Shown here: piece after piece, positions 1 through 14,600 of the stretch | Numbering within the stretch: position 1 is the first letter of the stretch | How the letters are laid out: each line of letters starts with the position of its first letter | Source: Azolla caroliniana | Taxonomy: Eukaryota; Plantae; Polypodiophyta | NCBI GenBank assembly: GCA_043228905.1 | Contig: JBHGNT010000006.1 | Span: 3,596,001-3,660,000, forward strand | Length of the DNA: 64,000 nt | Direction: 5' to 3' | The notes under the pieces: generated by a model | Databases searched by the model: none | What the model saw: only the letters and a program-made list of their open reading frames with translations | Told to the model about the DNA's origin: nothing | Made by a program: the position numbers and the translations under genes

Positions 1-591
1 GTTCCTTACGTAGGATGCAAAAACCTTTGTTGAGTGCATAGGAGAAAAACCCACTATTCGATGTATACATATTGCTATATTATAATGGTATGGTCCATGG
101 ACTTTACCGTGAATGTCATATATCATATAAATATCACCGAGGCAATTCTCGCATATTAAGATAATATGAGAAAGAATAAGATGATGCAAGATTGAACTGT
201 CTGCCTTCAAGTAAGAATCTAACCATCAAGACAAAGCTCAAATCATGGAAAGAGAATCCTACAATTATCACCTTAACGAGAGTGTAACTTGCGAATATTA
301 ATGTGCATGCACAATGTCATAAGAGACCATTTGTGACATCCTTCATGTGACAACATATGAATAGTGCACGCACACACAATACATTAAGGAGTACCTACAA
401 AAATACATTCACATGAACACAAAGACATCTTTGCACAATGAAATTTACATGGGATAGACTCTAACACGTAAAAACAATAAATCCTATTGATATATATATT
501 TTTCAAAAAAAAAACCTATTGGTATTGCCCCTCATATTAGGGGAAGTATTCGGCCCACCCTTTGTATATTTTTAAATAATGTCACAGATGC

Positions 592-970
592 CATTGGTCA
601 AAGAGTTCAAAAAGGTGGATATACACAACATGTTTTAAAACCATATCACAATATTTTATTATCATTCCTATTGTTCTTAGTACTTACCGAGTGTGTGCTA
701 ATCAGGATCATTAACAATATAAATTGATGTTAAACGATAGTAGTTGGAATTATGCTTGGTGCGAGGTATAGTGATTAACATTGGTCAAAGAGTTCAAAAA
801 GGTGGATATACACAACATGTTTTAAAACCATATCACAATATTTTATTATCATTCCTATTGTTCTTAGTACTTATTGAGTGTGTGCTAATCAAGATCATTA
901 ACAATATAAATTGATGTTAAACGATAGTAGTTGGAATTATGCTTGATGCAAGGTATAGTGATTAACATTG
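592..970. repeat. Tandem duplication, 2 x 187 bp
   Basis: CATTGGTCAAAGAGTTCAAAAAGG... starts at 592 and again at 779; the copies differ by only a few substitutions. Confidence 0.95.
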
Positions 971-1860
971 TGACAATACGATAATTAGCATGTGCAAAAG
1001 CTAATAGCAATTAATATATTAAGGTTAGTACAATTATTAACACACTTTAAATGCTCATAAAATGAGGATAGATTTAATATACAAGATCTCTTATTACACT
1101 TAGAATGTTCATCCATAGATTTTTTGGAAGTATAGTTTTGTAAAATATTGAAGTGTAATATTGGGCAACTTTGTAGGGTTCAATCAGCTTTTTGATAAGG
1201 GTCATAAGTCATTTATTCAAAAGTATCTATTGTAGAATGAATATGGCCCCCGATATGACAAGGGCTAAAGTTGGCATTATTGTTGTTTAAAAAAACATAA
1301 AACAAATAACCAGAACATATTGTTTACATCATTATGGGGCTAACCACTTGCATATAAACTAGTAAGCCAGTAAGAAAAACACACATAGCTATAAAATAAT
1401 AAGAAAATAAACATTGCCTAGCATCAACCACTGGTATAAAAAAAAGAAGGAAAACCGTACACCATAAAAAAACAACCATAAGAATCCAACAAATAACCAT
1501 AAGAACAACCAACTTGGACCACAAACTATATCCATTGGTAGTTAAGAAAATCTTCATGCACTAGTTAAGTTTGGCCACCTTTAGATGAGTACATTTGAGG
1601 GTATACAAGTTATGGTTCATTAAGGCAATATGTGCAACGCCTTCGTCCTACATTCGGCCTACATAGACTCTCTAAATTGCATCGTTTCATTGCTCCTCCC
1701 CATTTAGTCCTTGAATCCATTTAATGATGGAAATATAGTTGGATTGAATAATTGTATTATGGCTTGAATTCAGATAGGTGCCAAGCCATAGTGATCAATG
1801 AGTCTAGTTAAGGTTATTGAAGCTACAATATAGTTTAGAATACCTTAGACAAGGCCAATT

Positions 1861-1999
1861 TATTTTATTTTATTTTATTTGTCCAAAAAAAACACTACTT
1901 CCCATTAGTTAGCAAAAGAAGTACATCAAAGATCAGCCATAATCAAAACAACATAATCCCCACTCTACTATTTACAACAAAAGTATCCCCACCCTACTA
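1861..1999 (-). mobile_element. Very short, 5'-truncated non-LTR retroelement 3' end with 16-bp TSD
   Basis: TTAGACAAGGCCAATT at 1845-1860 and 2000-2015 flanks a (TTTTA)n tail and the CTTCCCATTAGTT motif seen near other LINE tails in this window. Confidence 0.7.
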
Positions 2000-3059
2000 T
2001 TAGACAAGGCCAATTATAGTCTATAGCATACTGATGTTTTATCATGCAATTAAATATGCTAAAAGAATTTGCACTATACGATTAACCCCATTGTATCACA
2101 TTTTCTAGCTTTGGAAGGGGGTAACTTGATTAATAACACATTGATGGGATATAGCACACCATCTATGTGCATCGACAAAGGCACACTCTTAAGCATTGTT
2201 GTGAAATAATAATTTGTGTGACAATTGATAATTTCTTGGATGAAGAATGTTCTCTATATTCATATTGATGAATTTAAAGAGAACTTTGCACCACACCATT
2301 ACAATTTGATTGATTGAAGGGTGGTTCATTATGGTGATAGCATATTTTAGGACCTAATATTGGACAATTTGAGAGAACTAGACTACATTTGTTATTAGTT
2401 TTATTGATTAACAATAACCTTAAAAAATGACAATTATGTTTCATAGCTACATAAAAAAGTATGGTCTTAAATGTCATGCTTGTTTACTTCAAATGAGTTT
2501 TGGTGAATTTTACTGATTTGTTAAAATTATATGTATGCTTGTGTGTGTGTGCATAACTTCGGAGTAAAATAGAAAGGTCATGGTTACCTTTAGTAAATCT
2601 CTATGAAAGGATTGACATGATATTGTTGTATAGATATACACAATTATTGTTATCCAACAATGATGTAATGGATGTATTACATTCAAGTGTTTTTAAGTCA
2701 TCAATCAAGATTTTCTTTTCCATTGAGAAAAAGATGGCATGTGAGTGGGTTTAGTAAATCAAACAATGTAGAGTTTTCGATTGATTGTAAGCTTCTCGCA
2801 ACGTGAGTAGCTTTTAGTCATCTCTAAAGTCAAGATGACACACAATTTATGAAAGGGTTATTGTCTAGATATGCATGAATGAATTATCTCAAAATGTCAT
2901 CCCAAATTGTATATAAACAAATCATTATAAGATGCATGGGGGTAAGTCTTGACTAAGATGTGAAGAACTTGCCTCTTAGATTTCATGATGATCCTAAAAT
3001 CACTTAAGAGACGAGTATGAAGTTGTGAGATGTGATAATCATTTATTTAAGCAGCATTG

Positions 3060-3826
3060 TGTTAGGAAACAGGTCCCTCTGGATGGGAAGTGAGAAGAAC
3101 AGTGTTGATGAGCAAAATCGACCGAGGCCGAATCCGGATGTGGAGTACCCGGCAACGGAAGACCAGGTGAGAACCGGATGTGGAGTACCCGACAACGGAA
3201 GACCCGGTGAGAACCGGATGTGGAGTACCTGGCAACGGAAGACCCGATGAGAACCGGATGACGAGTACCCCGCAACGGAAGACCCGGTGAGAACTGGATA
3301 ATGAGTACCCAGCAAGGAAGACTCGGTGAGAACCGGATGTTGCAGGCCCGGTGAGAACCTCTCATCGAATGGAAGGGACATATATGTAAATATGTTCCAA
3401 AGAGCCCACTAGGGCTATATTTGTAAATAGCCCGAAAGTCATATTAGTATAAATATGACCTAGGGCAAACTTAATAGTTATGATGATGATGATGATAGAG
3501 TTATTGGTGTAACAACTGTGTACAGAGAAGAGAGAGAGAGAGAGAGGAAGAGGTTGTTGCCTCTGTTGTAACTGCTTGGTGCCGAAGTGACGGAGCAAGA
3601 GGTCGTTGCCTCTGTGCCCCATTGTTATAATCTTAATATAGTGATATTTTGCAGTTTGAGGGCTGCTGTGGTTTTTCCCATATTTGGGTTTTCCACGTTA
3701 ACATCCAGTGCACTCTCTTCTTTACTGTTTCGTGTGTAGATACATCTCACCACATCCTTGTTTTTTGTGCTTGATCCGACGTCTCGGTTGTGGCCGAGCA
3801 TAGCTTAGGAAACCATATTCCTTTCA
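3060..3826 (+). mobile_element. Solo LTR (Copia-like) with 5-bp TSD CATTG
   Basis: Begins TGTTAGGAA and ends TTCCTTTCA (imperfect inverted termini). CATTG at 3055-3059 and 3827-3831. Contains a TATAAAT box and a GTGGTTTTTCCC...GGGTTTTCCACG U5-like motif. Confidence 0.8.
3134..3360. repeat. 40-bp minisatellite (~5.5 copies) inside the LTR U3
   Basis: CCGGATGTGGAGTACCCGGCAACGGAAGACCCGGTGAGAA units at 3134, 3174, 3214, 3254, ~3294 and ~3333. Confidence 0.95.
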
Positions 3827-4554
3827 CATTGTGAGCATCAACAAATGTTACATCCTATATTGGAGCAACATTTGCTTATGGCACCAACAATAGATTTGAG
3901 GATTGTGCAAGCACAAAACCTTTTTCAAAAGATAATCCCACTCTATTGGAGACAAGGCATCATGTTATCAAGAGCCATTATTTTACGCTAAGAAGCAACG
4001 ATGCAAGCAAACTAATTATGTTTATATTGTGGTGGTTCAAGCACACGACAATAAGTTGTTCCCATAAATCAAGTCATCAAGTCAACCAAGTGACCATGGT
4101 ATTTGAGCATGAGGGTAGCTCATCAATCTTAACCATCCACTCGATTGGATGTGGTGTGTGTGAAGTTGACATCCAAGAAAAGTTGTTGAATAATACGTGT
4201 CAATGCATTCAACTATTAATATTGTAGTGTGATTACATAACTTGTGTGCGGAAATAAAGAATAAATCACTAAGAAGAGAAGACGACGTTATTACCAAAAG
4301 ATGAATCAACAAATGGGTAGCTCTCTCATGAGAAAGACACTTGAGAGCTCAAACTTTGCATCATGCAAATAAAAGATGCATAATACCTTATTGGATAAAG
4401 TTATTAGAGATACACTAAATGTGAACTTATAATTTTTTGTTTTAGTCAATTTCAAAGGAATTGCGCTTAAAAGTGAATCCAATGAAGTGTAAAATTCTTT
4501 TTTGTTTGTAATTGGTCACACCCAACACTATGTACACTAGATGGTAAGGAAGAG

Positions 4555-4965
4555 CATATCATATAATGTATTCCCTTGCAACTTGTATACAAGACCACAT
4601 ACTCAACTATGTGAGGGATGAAACGAAGCCAAAGCAGGCATAAGAGGACCTCAAGTCCATCAACCAACAAAGGAATATGCCCCTCAATGACTAAACTCTC
4701 AAAATAAATTCACTGTCTGATTTGTTTTCCTTAATTAATGTGAGGGTGGAGGAGGATGACCAAGTCACATAATGTATTTCCTCACAAATTGTATGCAAAA
4801 GCACATGCTCAACTACTGAATGATGCAAAGATATTAAATGAAAACAAAGATTGAGCAACATAGTGTATTTCCTTGCAAGTTGTATATAAGACCACATGCT
4901 CAATTATGTGAGGGATGCAAAGAGGCCAAAGAAGGCATTGGAGAACCTCAACAAAATTTCCAGAG
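4555..4965. repeat. Three degenerate local copies of a ~60-100 bp unit
   Basis: CATAATGTATTTCCTTGCAA-TTGTAT...CACATGCTCAACTA-like unit near 4560, 4768 and 4859. Confidence 0.7.
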
Positions 4966-5523
4966 CCAACACAACCACACAAAATATTCAAGTCTACCAA
5001 GAGTTGAACTCCATTCAACAAAGGTTCAAGTTGCTTAAAGACTATACCCTCAAAATCAAGTCATTTTGTGATGCACACACCCCAATTTTATGAGTGTGGA
5101 TGAGGAAGAGATGGTAGAGATTGGACTTGGATGCCTTTCACATTGTATCAACTCATTCTAGAGTTCAGACTACCATTGTCACAAGGAAGAAGCTACAATC
5201 CTTCTTTGACCTCCAATTGATGTTATTGGTAGAGGAAAATCACAACAATGCAAGAAAGAGCATGGGTGTGGATAGTCAAATTTTTTACACACGCTTGGAA
5301 AATGGTCATGGCCAAGAAAGAGGAAGTACAATATTAGCCAACATGAGACCTAATGGTGGCAAATGACATCCACAAAATGTGGACTCCCAGTTTTGACATG
5401 AGAGTGGAAGAGACTCCAAAAGAAGGGGAGTTTCATTGGTAGAACAAACCACTAAAAGAAACTTGAATGTTGGTATTGGGGCAGATGGTAGGAATTTCTA
5501 AAGGTGGTAGGCATGTTAGAGAG

Positions 5524-6186
5524 TGTTGAGAGATCAAGCTCAACTTAGTTTAGTTAGTTAGTCAACACATGTAACTTAGTAGTTACCTAGATAGAATCTA
5601 GTTAGTGTGTTGACGATAAAGCCTTAAATAGGATTTTGTACTTGAGTGGGATACATTGTAGATCCACTACCCCATGCTCATTTAATATAGGACTTACACG
5701 TTGTACCTATATTCTCCTAGCACATGTGCACCCTTGCACATGAAACCTATATATACCTCATTGAAGGTATTTTTGTATTTGATGATAGTTGATAATATTT
5801 ACCTTTTAATATACTTTATCATCCCCCATCTTGTTTTTGTGTTATAAGTGTACTTCTCTCTCTCTTCCTCTCACGCACACATACATGCACATATAACTTA
5901 ATCTTCTGCTATGTAATCGCTTAACTTAATCACATAATTAGGTAATAATTATTCCTTAATTAATTACCTAATCCTTAACAGTTAGTCAACCATGTAACTT
6001 TGTAATTACCTAGATAGAATCTAGTTAGAAGTGTTGACTATAACACCTAAAATAGGACCTTGTACTTGGATATTCTAGATCCTCCACTCCTAAGTACATT
6101 TAATATAGGACTTATACCTTAGTACCTATAATCCACTCACACATGTGCACCTTTGCACATGAGATGTATATATACCTCATTGTGGG
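5524..6186 (+). mobile_element. LTR (5524-5980, TGTTGAG...TAACA) followed by a partial second copy (5981-6186) cut by a LINE
   Basis: GTTAGTCAAC...ACCTAGATAGAATCTAGTTAG...ATACCTCATTG occurs twice; the same family lies inverted at 38001-39233. No matching TSD found here. Confidence 0.7.
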
Positions 6187-7400
6187 TTTTTTTTTTTCCC
6201 AAGAAAACTCCTTCCATTAGTTATAAAATTTTACAAATGAGATGATTATGTACAAATCCCTATAGGGACGCGATAGTTCCATCTTATGTGGATGCCCACT
6301 GACTCAAGAAAGGGAGAGGATGACCATTGTTGGATGAAGGCTATTCGTTGTCTTTGAACTCCATCGGAGCTACCCTTGAGGCCATCATATTGGCTCTTTA
6401 GAGTGGCTACAATTCCACTCCATATCTCTTGCAGTAACATTGTTGGATGCGCAGTTTGGTTGGAGAAGACCCATCTACACCGTTGTTTCCATAGAATCCA
6501 AAGAGTTATTGGGCTGACCAATTCAAGCACAACTTGAGATTTGTCATTAAGAGGAGTTGAGTGGACATTGCCGATGGTGGAGAAAAAAAACTCTTGTGCT
6601 TTTATCACCAAAGTCATCCCCTCCTCCTGATGCTCGTATCTGCCAATTGGGATCTGCCATGATAGCCAACATATATTTCCCCACTTGATTGAGCTTTGCA
6701 CTTGGCATAATTCCAACAAGCGGCCAACCCCCCGCCATATTCGATGGGACGTTGGGCAGTCCCACAAAGCGTGTCATATTGATTCTACTACATTTGGACA
6801 CTCTACACAATTAGGAGAGCTAAGGTTCCCACGTTGCCATGCTCCCACCGGCAGCGACTTATGTATTAATAGCCATTGGAATGTGGTAGTTCACCTCGCG
6901 TGTTGTTGTTTCCAGATTTTCTGCCAAAACTTGGTGATAATTATGTGAGGAACTTGATATGCGTGCTAGACCTTTGAAACAGCCGACTCTCGGGCAGTTT
7001 GAGCAGCTAGGATGTGGCGACCCAATCTAGTTATGAATTGGAAGAAAGGGATGGGTTTGCTTCCTTGCTCCGCGTAAGGATCACGCCATGTCCATTGCAA
7101 AGGGTCCCAATTGACCTTACGTAGCCATGTGTTTTCATGAGTACATATGTGCCAATCGGGTTGTACTTTGCTCGGATTAGGATCTACAATCCATTTATGA
7201 CCAATATACGCAAGTACTCGAATTGCGTTATTCTATGTTGGTGTCTCAGTGTCTCGCAATTCAGAGCCTTCGATCATGTCTAGTGATCCCCTACCTCTCA
7301 GGATCAAAGATCCCTCCTCCTCGTAGCCTATCCATTTCTCCATTGTCGTCCTATGAGTAGCGGCTTCCCTAATCAATAGAGTGTTATTGATTTCCGATCT
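6187..7400 (-). mobile_element. Degenerate L1-type LINE 3' fragment (zf-RVT/C-terminal region)
   Basis: Poly(T) at 6187-6197. ORF 6246-6767 has WDCP...IW and LWILWKQRCRWVF motifs typical of the plant L1 ORF2 C-terminus. Confidence 0.8.
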
Positions 7401-10094
7401 CATAGTTCATCCGCCCTTGATGCCATGGAGTATGTTGGCTAATCAAAATGAGAGACAAAATGATGAGTAATATATGTGGCATAGACTTCATTGATAGAGG
7501 CCAAAATCCATATTCAGTTTGGAAAAGAGGGGTTTTTTTAAAACCAATGTTGTTGGTGGTAATTCCTTGCTTGATATGGATGTTAAATGTGGTTGGATTG
7601 TTGAAGCTACACAAGAGTGTTCAAGAGTTTTCTAGTTAAATATGTTGCAATATTCATTGTAATAGTGGACTGTTTTGTATATTGCCTTTGGCCACTTTAA
7701 GTTTAATACCAATGGAGGATTTTTTTTGGAAAAAAAGTGATGCACCAATGGTTGGAGACTGACTAATTACATTGCTAAATCCAGCCATGAATTTTATGGA
7801 AGTATACTTATGATGAATCGTAAGGGAAACTCCATATCAACAAGTGCTCGCAAAGACGATGATGTTTGGTTCGTGAATTCAAGTTCCTCCAATCACAATG
7901 AGTGGAGGCATGACATTGTAAAATATATAATATCAACTCGCTATTTATAACTACAAAGGGTGGAGGCATGAATAGTGATATAATAATTTGGGTGTGGTAA
8001 ATATTCATTATCATAAGAGAATATAATTTGGATATAGGCATTGATTGTAGTTTATCATAAAGCATGAATATATTGAATGTCAAATATGAATTTAAGGCAA
8101 TACAAGTAGATGAGGGTGATGAATGTATGGCATTGTCCCATCACCCCTCTCTATAAAAGGGTCAAAGAAAAATGTAAACACACACACACACAACTCGTAT
8201 GCAAATGTAACTCCCTCCCTCCCTCTCTCTCTCTGGATTGCATATTAACTTCATCTCATGTATCGATAGGGATTTGGAACATCTAGGATCACAACAATAT
8301 GTGGTTAGAAAAGACTCTATTTTTCGATACTGGGATATCCACTCGGAGTGAATGATATCAATGCCCAACTGATTGAATGGATGGCTAGCAAGTTAAGGGA
8401 TAAGGTCATGTATTGGAAGTCACAACCTTGGCCAATTCATGTATGCTTGAAGGATTTAGAATGTTTTATGGAACACACAATAATGTATTATTTTCCATGG
8501 CTACTATGGGCAACAAAGTCTTTAAATTCCATGTTGCAACCTCTTCAATATTTATAGTGGAGAAAGAGAGATAAGATGGGAATCATATGAGTTGTCTAGA
8601 ACCATCTACCAACCTCTCAGATATTGGGGGAAGCTACAATATTGGACTTATCTATGTACGTATGATGACTCATAGATTCTCATTATTGCAAGTCTTGTGT
8701 ACATACCCACAACTACGAATATCTATTGTCCAATATTTCATTGAGAATGAGGGTACGGGGTATAACATATAGGAGGACAATGCTTAAGGTATCATGGTTG
8801 CAATTACTACAACCGTTCCTCGTTCTTCATGTGTTCAACACTTTTTTGTCTCATGAAACACATTGCTATTTGTATGGACACCATCATCTAATGGAGAACA
8901 TCATAGTTTTTTGCAAAAAAGGTACTCGTGTCTTCTTGGTTATCATGTTGGTCTAGAAATGAGAGAAACGGTCCACATAGTTTAATTTCTTGTTTCCTTC
9001 GGGGATCAAAAAGGTGGGAGATGTAGTTGAGGATCAATCTCAAAGAATTTTGGAGTATGTTGAAGCGCGACAATTATTACGCATCTACCCAATAATGGAT
9101 CTATATTGATGGTCAACCACAAGTTGATTGTCATTTCCGGGGTCAAATAACCTTTTTACACGTGACTACTAATTTCTTGTACCGTTCAGAGAGAGAGACC
9201 CACATGGAATACTTAGATTTTATCGTACTAACATTAATAGCATTGCACCTAAGTAGGAACGCAAAATAGATATACATCCATAAAGAGACCAATATTAACC
9301 CATGCGGCTCGAGTACAAACACTTTCTCGATGTTTGTCTCCTTCCTAAGAAGGAATATTCATACTTCAAAGCACAATGTCAGTATGTGTGAGTAACGTAA
9401 TATACTCACATGAGCTCAACCTTCAATATGACAACTTTAGTATGATACTCAAGTTATCACCCCCCTCTTAATATGTCCTCATAGTTTTCATGAATTGCAT
9501 TATATGTTGAGCATAAAAACAAGTGATATTCACCCTCTAGGAGGCCTTCATAGCATACCTTACATGCCTTTATATGTTACGCATTTTGATATAATACAAC
9601 TTTAATGCAAAGCTTGAGTGATTGACAATGAACGAGACTGAAGGATTAGAAATTGACTCTCTTGTATACCTACTTACTAATCAAGCTTTATTTTTGTAAT
9701 GTGTCCACTTTCCCTTAATATTAAGCGTTCAATGTTCTTCCATTAAGTGTCCTTCAAAATATTTTAATTAAGTGCCAAATAATTAGTAGTTGACCACATG
9801 TCACCACCCTTTGAGCTTATTAATAATTATGAGCAATCTTAAATCACATTTCATAAATGAAGTGATACCTCTCCTCGTAGGGAGTTATGTTTACCTATTG
9901 CAACCTAATGCAATATCAACAACCACACTAGTTCCAAGACCTATGTTAAAGCCTAAATAATAATTACATAAAGTTTATCCAGAGTCATGTATCCTTGACC
10001 AAGTTTGGTGTGATTTAAGGATAGGTATGTTTGCATTCAATGCTGACTATTCTATTTCCCAACAAGAGGCCATCTTTGTGCAGGGTGGAACTTC

Positions 10095-11607
10095 TCTTTT
10101 TTAGTAACACTTTTATTACTAGTGGAAAACCTCAAAGTGAGGTGAAACCCCACAAACAATAAAGGGAAATATACAAGTGTCGATTCCACACTAAAGAGCT
10201 TAGAAGCACTCAAATTAAAGATTGTAAATTTGTAGTGTGATGTCTCTAAGTTGCAGACAATCAAATAGAGATTGCCCGAAGGATTGCTTAAAGAAGCTAA
10301 CTTCATGCAACTAGTTTCGATCAAAGACCTTATTATTGTGAACCATCCAAATGTGCCCAAAATCTTGTCCATTGGAGAAAATAGGCATTGTTGGATAGGG
10401 CGCACAGAATTTGTCTAAATAGCCAAAAGTGTTTCCAAACCATCGGCCAGGAAATCTGTGAGAAAGAGACGCACTTAGTCTTTGTACAAATGTTGTAGTG
10501 AACGAGCAAGTCCATAATAAGTGTGGGACCGTTTCCAATCGTTCATTGCATCTTGCACAATGCGACGAGGTTGTCGATCGCTTTTGAAGATTCGATCTAG
10601 TCGGGAGCACACCCAATAGGCATCTCCATAGGAATACTCATTGCTTAAGTGGAAGACCACAACTCCATAAGCTTGTAAGCCTGATTTTCACTAGGACTAT
10701 GTTTTGTGTAGGTACCATAACGCATTTGCATGTTTGTGAAATCACTAGGCAAGTTGCAACAACGTATATACTGAATGTGGTGTAACCTTATTCATTGGAA
10801 TAACAATGTTGCCTTCTTGTAACATCTAGTCCTAAATCCTACGATCTACATCTCGAGGTGGCACAAGTACTAATGAAAGTACCAACTCAATGACTTAATT
10901 CTAGATAACGCGATGATGTGGCCCAAGACTATAACGACATGTCATGTCATTGAAGCCTAATATGTGACCTTGGTCATTTACCACATCTACAATTGATTTC
11001 GACCCCTTCTTTGCTAAAAAATAAGCTTCATGAGGCTCTTGTTCAGCTAGTGAATGTGGGAATATAGTACTCCAATGTAAGCTTTCGAGGCGTGAAGAGT
11101 TTTATGATTTTGAATTCTTGCCTCTCCATTGTATGTGATGCAATACTTACTTCCAATGCTTTAGAAGCTTTGAGCTAAACGAACAACCTTTGATGTGCCT
11201 ATCAAGCTTTCCAAACACTACATCCCGATGATTAGTATCCCATGAGCCAAATGACTTGGTATTCAAATGATCAAACAGATATGATAGCATTCTTGCCCAA
11301 GGCAATGTTTGTTTGGAAACTTTTGGCAACATATGTAACAACAAATTAAGAATATTTTGCCATCCACACAATCGTGGAGTGCATATCTTCTCTAGTGATA
11401 AGAGTCATACACCTCTACACAACTGCTTAGAGCACCAAAATTTGCTTATGATTTCTAAGTTAATCTTGTATATCATGTGTTTCGGCCAATCAATCATAAT
11501 TAAGTAATACTCCATGTAAGCCATGAATATAGATTGCACTATCCTCAACCTGACATGGAGCGGCCATGTTGCAATCTTCCAATAACTTAGCTTTTGTCTC
11601 ACTTTAA
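10095..11607 (-). mobile_element. 5'-truncated, degenerate L1-type LINE with 18-bp TSD
   Basis: TGTGCAGGGTGGAAC(T/C)TC at 10077-10094 and 11608-11625; T-tail at the left end; zf-RVT motif CARCNERLETVPHLLWTC; KLSYWK...RLRIVQSI. Confidence 0.9.
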
Positions 11608-14600
11608 TGTGCAGGGTGGAACCTCAAGCTAATCACGTCCTATGGAGACCTCGTTCGAGTCCAAGCCTACACCCTTGTCCTTAGAAATCCCTACATCTCC
11701 ATTCTCAAGGAATAAATCACACCTTCTATTAGACACCATAAAACCTTTGAAGTGGATTTCCCTTATAAACAAACTTGTAAGTCTTTGTTTATCCCTTTAA
11801 CCTTGTCCTAGACCTAATACTTGTAGAGCTCACATAAGTTTGTGGAGCCCATGATAAGCAACAACCAAGTCCAAGAGAACCATTCTTCTTTTTTACAAAG
11901 GAGGTAATGCATTCCATCTAGTGATTGATAGTGTTAAGTGAAACTAGTGATTAAAATTTCCTCAATTTAACCTTGCAAAACCTCCAAGTCCATATCAAGT
12001 GATAAACCATGTATGGAACCACATGGTTGCTCTATCCTAGGTTGTAATTAAATTACAATCAAACAAACAATGGTTTGGAATGTTGTTAGACTTGACTTTG
12101 TTAAAAACATCAGAGAACTCATCATATTCACAAACAAGCTCATGAATAGACTTTATAGGTGTGGAGGAAATAAAAGGCCCAACTTGAGCTATGGATATAG
12201 AACTAGGTTCTCACTTCAATAGTTGGAAGGGTGTAAATGGCTAATAACTTACCTATCCATATAACACATGGAAATGGAATTGTTGTTATTAGCTTTTTAT
12301 AATATCAACACTAACCCCAACATCCTTTGCTAACCTAAACATTGACCTCATTTCAAATGCATCCAACCACAGACATAACTCCCTTGGGCCCTAAGGACAA
12401 TGTACATGGACACATAATTCAGAACAACTAGTCAACACTATGAGAAGCGTCCTAAGAAATCCAATAGAATGGAATCAATCATTAAGGCCATTTGCATGGA
12501 AATCAATTCCATAATATATCATTTACACGTTCACTTCTTCTCTCGGGGATATTGCTAACATGACTCAAATTGTACGGTTGTGCATTATGTATAAGAAAGC
12601 CATGTTTTAACAACAAATGGACTAGATTTAGTGAGGCATAAAATTGGAGATTATATGAGGTACATTTATATTTTCATTTTCCTCGAACAATGTAAAGAGA
12701 TTATTATGCCATGATTCATGTTGAATAACAACATATAATAGTAACAAAAGCACAATAGAGATTGTTTATGTTTATACACAACCTACTGACTTTGAAGACA
12801 TTGAGACACAAACAAACATGAAAATAATAAAATGAAAAGCTTTATGGTGGCACATCCTCATTTTTCTTATATTAGATTATGTGTCATGGTACATGTGTTC
12901 TGAAATGAATGTACACCAATGAACATTTTGATAATCCGCCACATCAATGGATAAAGTATGAACGCATTCTATTGGTCAAGTACATTGGCGCTTATAATGG
13001 GGGGGGGGGGGATAGAATAACTACATCCCCACTTAAGAGTGAAGAGTCAAGACTACAATTTATTTTGTTGCTTATTATTTAAAAGAGCATACATGAAGAG
13101 AAAAAACGTTGTGAGGATGTCCAAAGCATGATGTGGACATTGCTTAGTAAAAATGGAGAAACTCAACAAGTCTAGGCTTTCAAAGAAACTCATATGCGAA
13201 TACTTTGACGGATATAACAAAACCAAGGGATGCATTGAGGATTTATTCAGATTTTAAAGTGATAAAAGAAAAGTGCATTGACAAAGGAAAGAACTTGAAA
13301 ATAAGTTTGAATGTGTTTAAGGTTAGTTGCATTACAATTGTTGTATATAGTGAGGTCAAGCTTGCACATCAACATTGGATTCCCCACATCCCGCATGAGG
13401 CCATAATGTTACAATTACAAGTTACAACCATTACAACATTTGCATTGCAATGTATTTGTTTGTTTTTTTTGTCTTTTGGATTTCAAAAACTAAGAAGATT
13501 TCAAACCATCGCCCAAATGAGATTTTCCCTCCACATGCTACATCCCTTTAAACTACACATATTTGAACATGTGTTTATATGTACATGCTCTTGGACCTCA
13601 TAGCAAGTGGCATATTTCTAAAAGAGTTTGATGAATCCATAGTCAAAGTTGGAGTCCTTATCGGGGCTTGACTTTACTATCTCTTTTTCTGCTTCCACCA
13701 TTGGAGAAGTAGGACCACTATGCCATCTTCAAAACCATATTTATATTGCTAATGACCATGGTCATGACAACCCCCTGCTTTAGAATTGAGCATTTTCTCA
13801 TCTTCACCATTCTTGTATTGCATTCTTTGTGGTCCATAGAGTACTATATTGATAATACTCCTCAACGTGACCTACTCTATACCACACTAAGGGACAGAAC
13901 TTTATCCAAGCATCATCCACACTAAGCTCTTGTATCGAGTAAAGTACTCCAACATTGTGGCTAGAACCACTCTCCCATCTTTGGACCCATTTTTGTAAAA
14001 TTTATAGCGCGATCATTATATCTAGCTATCCCATGGATGCATCTAACAGTGTCTCCATCATCGATTAGAAATATATACAACCCTACATCTCAAGTCATAG
14101 GAAAAAAGTGTGAATAGGAGGCAATTATGTTGGATATTGGAATCATACAAGCACCTTGCTTATGTAACTCTCTCTTAACGAGATAGACATCAATTAAACT
14201 CTTATTTTAAATGGGTTTATTGTAACGTGAATACATGGCATTTTCATCGAAATGCTTGGACATGTTCGCCAAATAGGCATCAACACCTAATACCAGTTGT
14301 GTAGAGCAAAACAAGATTATTTTCATGCCTCAATGTTACTAGACAACCCATTTAATGCATGGGTATGTGCCATGATGCAGGAACAACGAAGTCTTGAACC
14401 TACGACATTAAAGTCCTAGAATATCTTTTGCACACTATCAAGGTCTAAAACTGTGACATTGTGAGGAAGGGAGGTTCAAAAGAGAAATAACAACGAGGAG
14501 ATGAAAAACTTATCGGCATGGAGTCGTGAGTGGGTTCCAACTTTGAACTTTGTACCTTGGTGGCATTTAGTACCTTCTCAATAAATTACAAAGGGATAGA

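Noticed and set aside
3134-3360. CRISPR-like periodic repeat
   Set aside because: Head-to-tail 40-bp units with no unique spacers, inside a eukaryotic LTR.
9430-9760. Copia PPT (minus strand TTAAGAGGGGG) and RNase H remnant
   Set aside because: Too degenerate to delimit or support.
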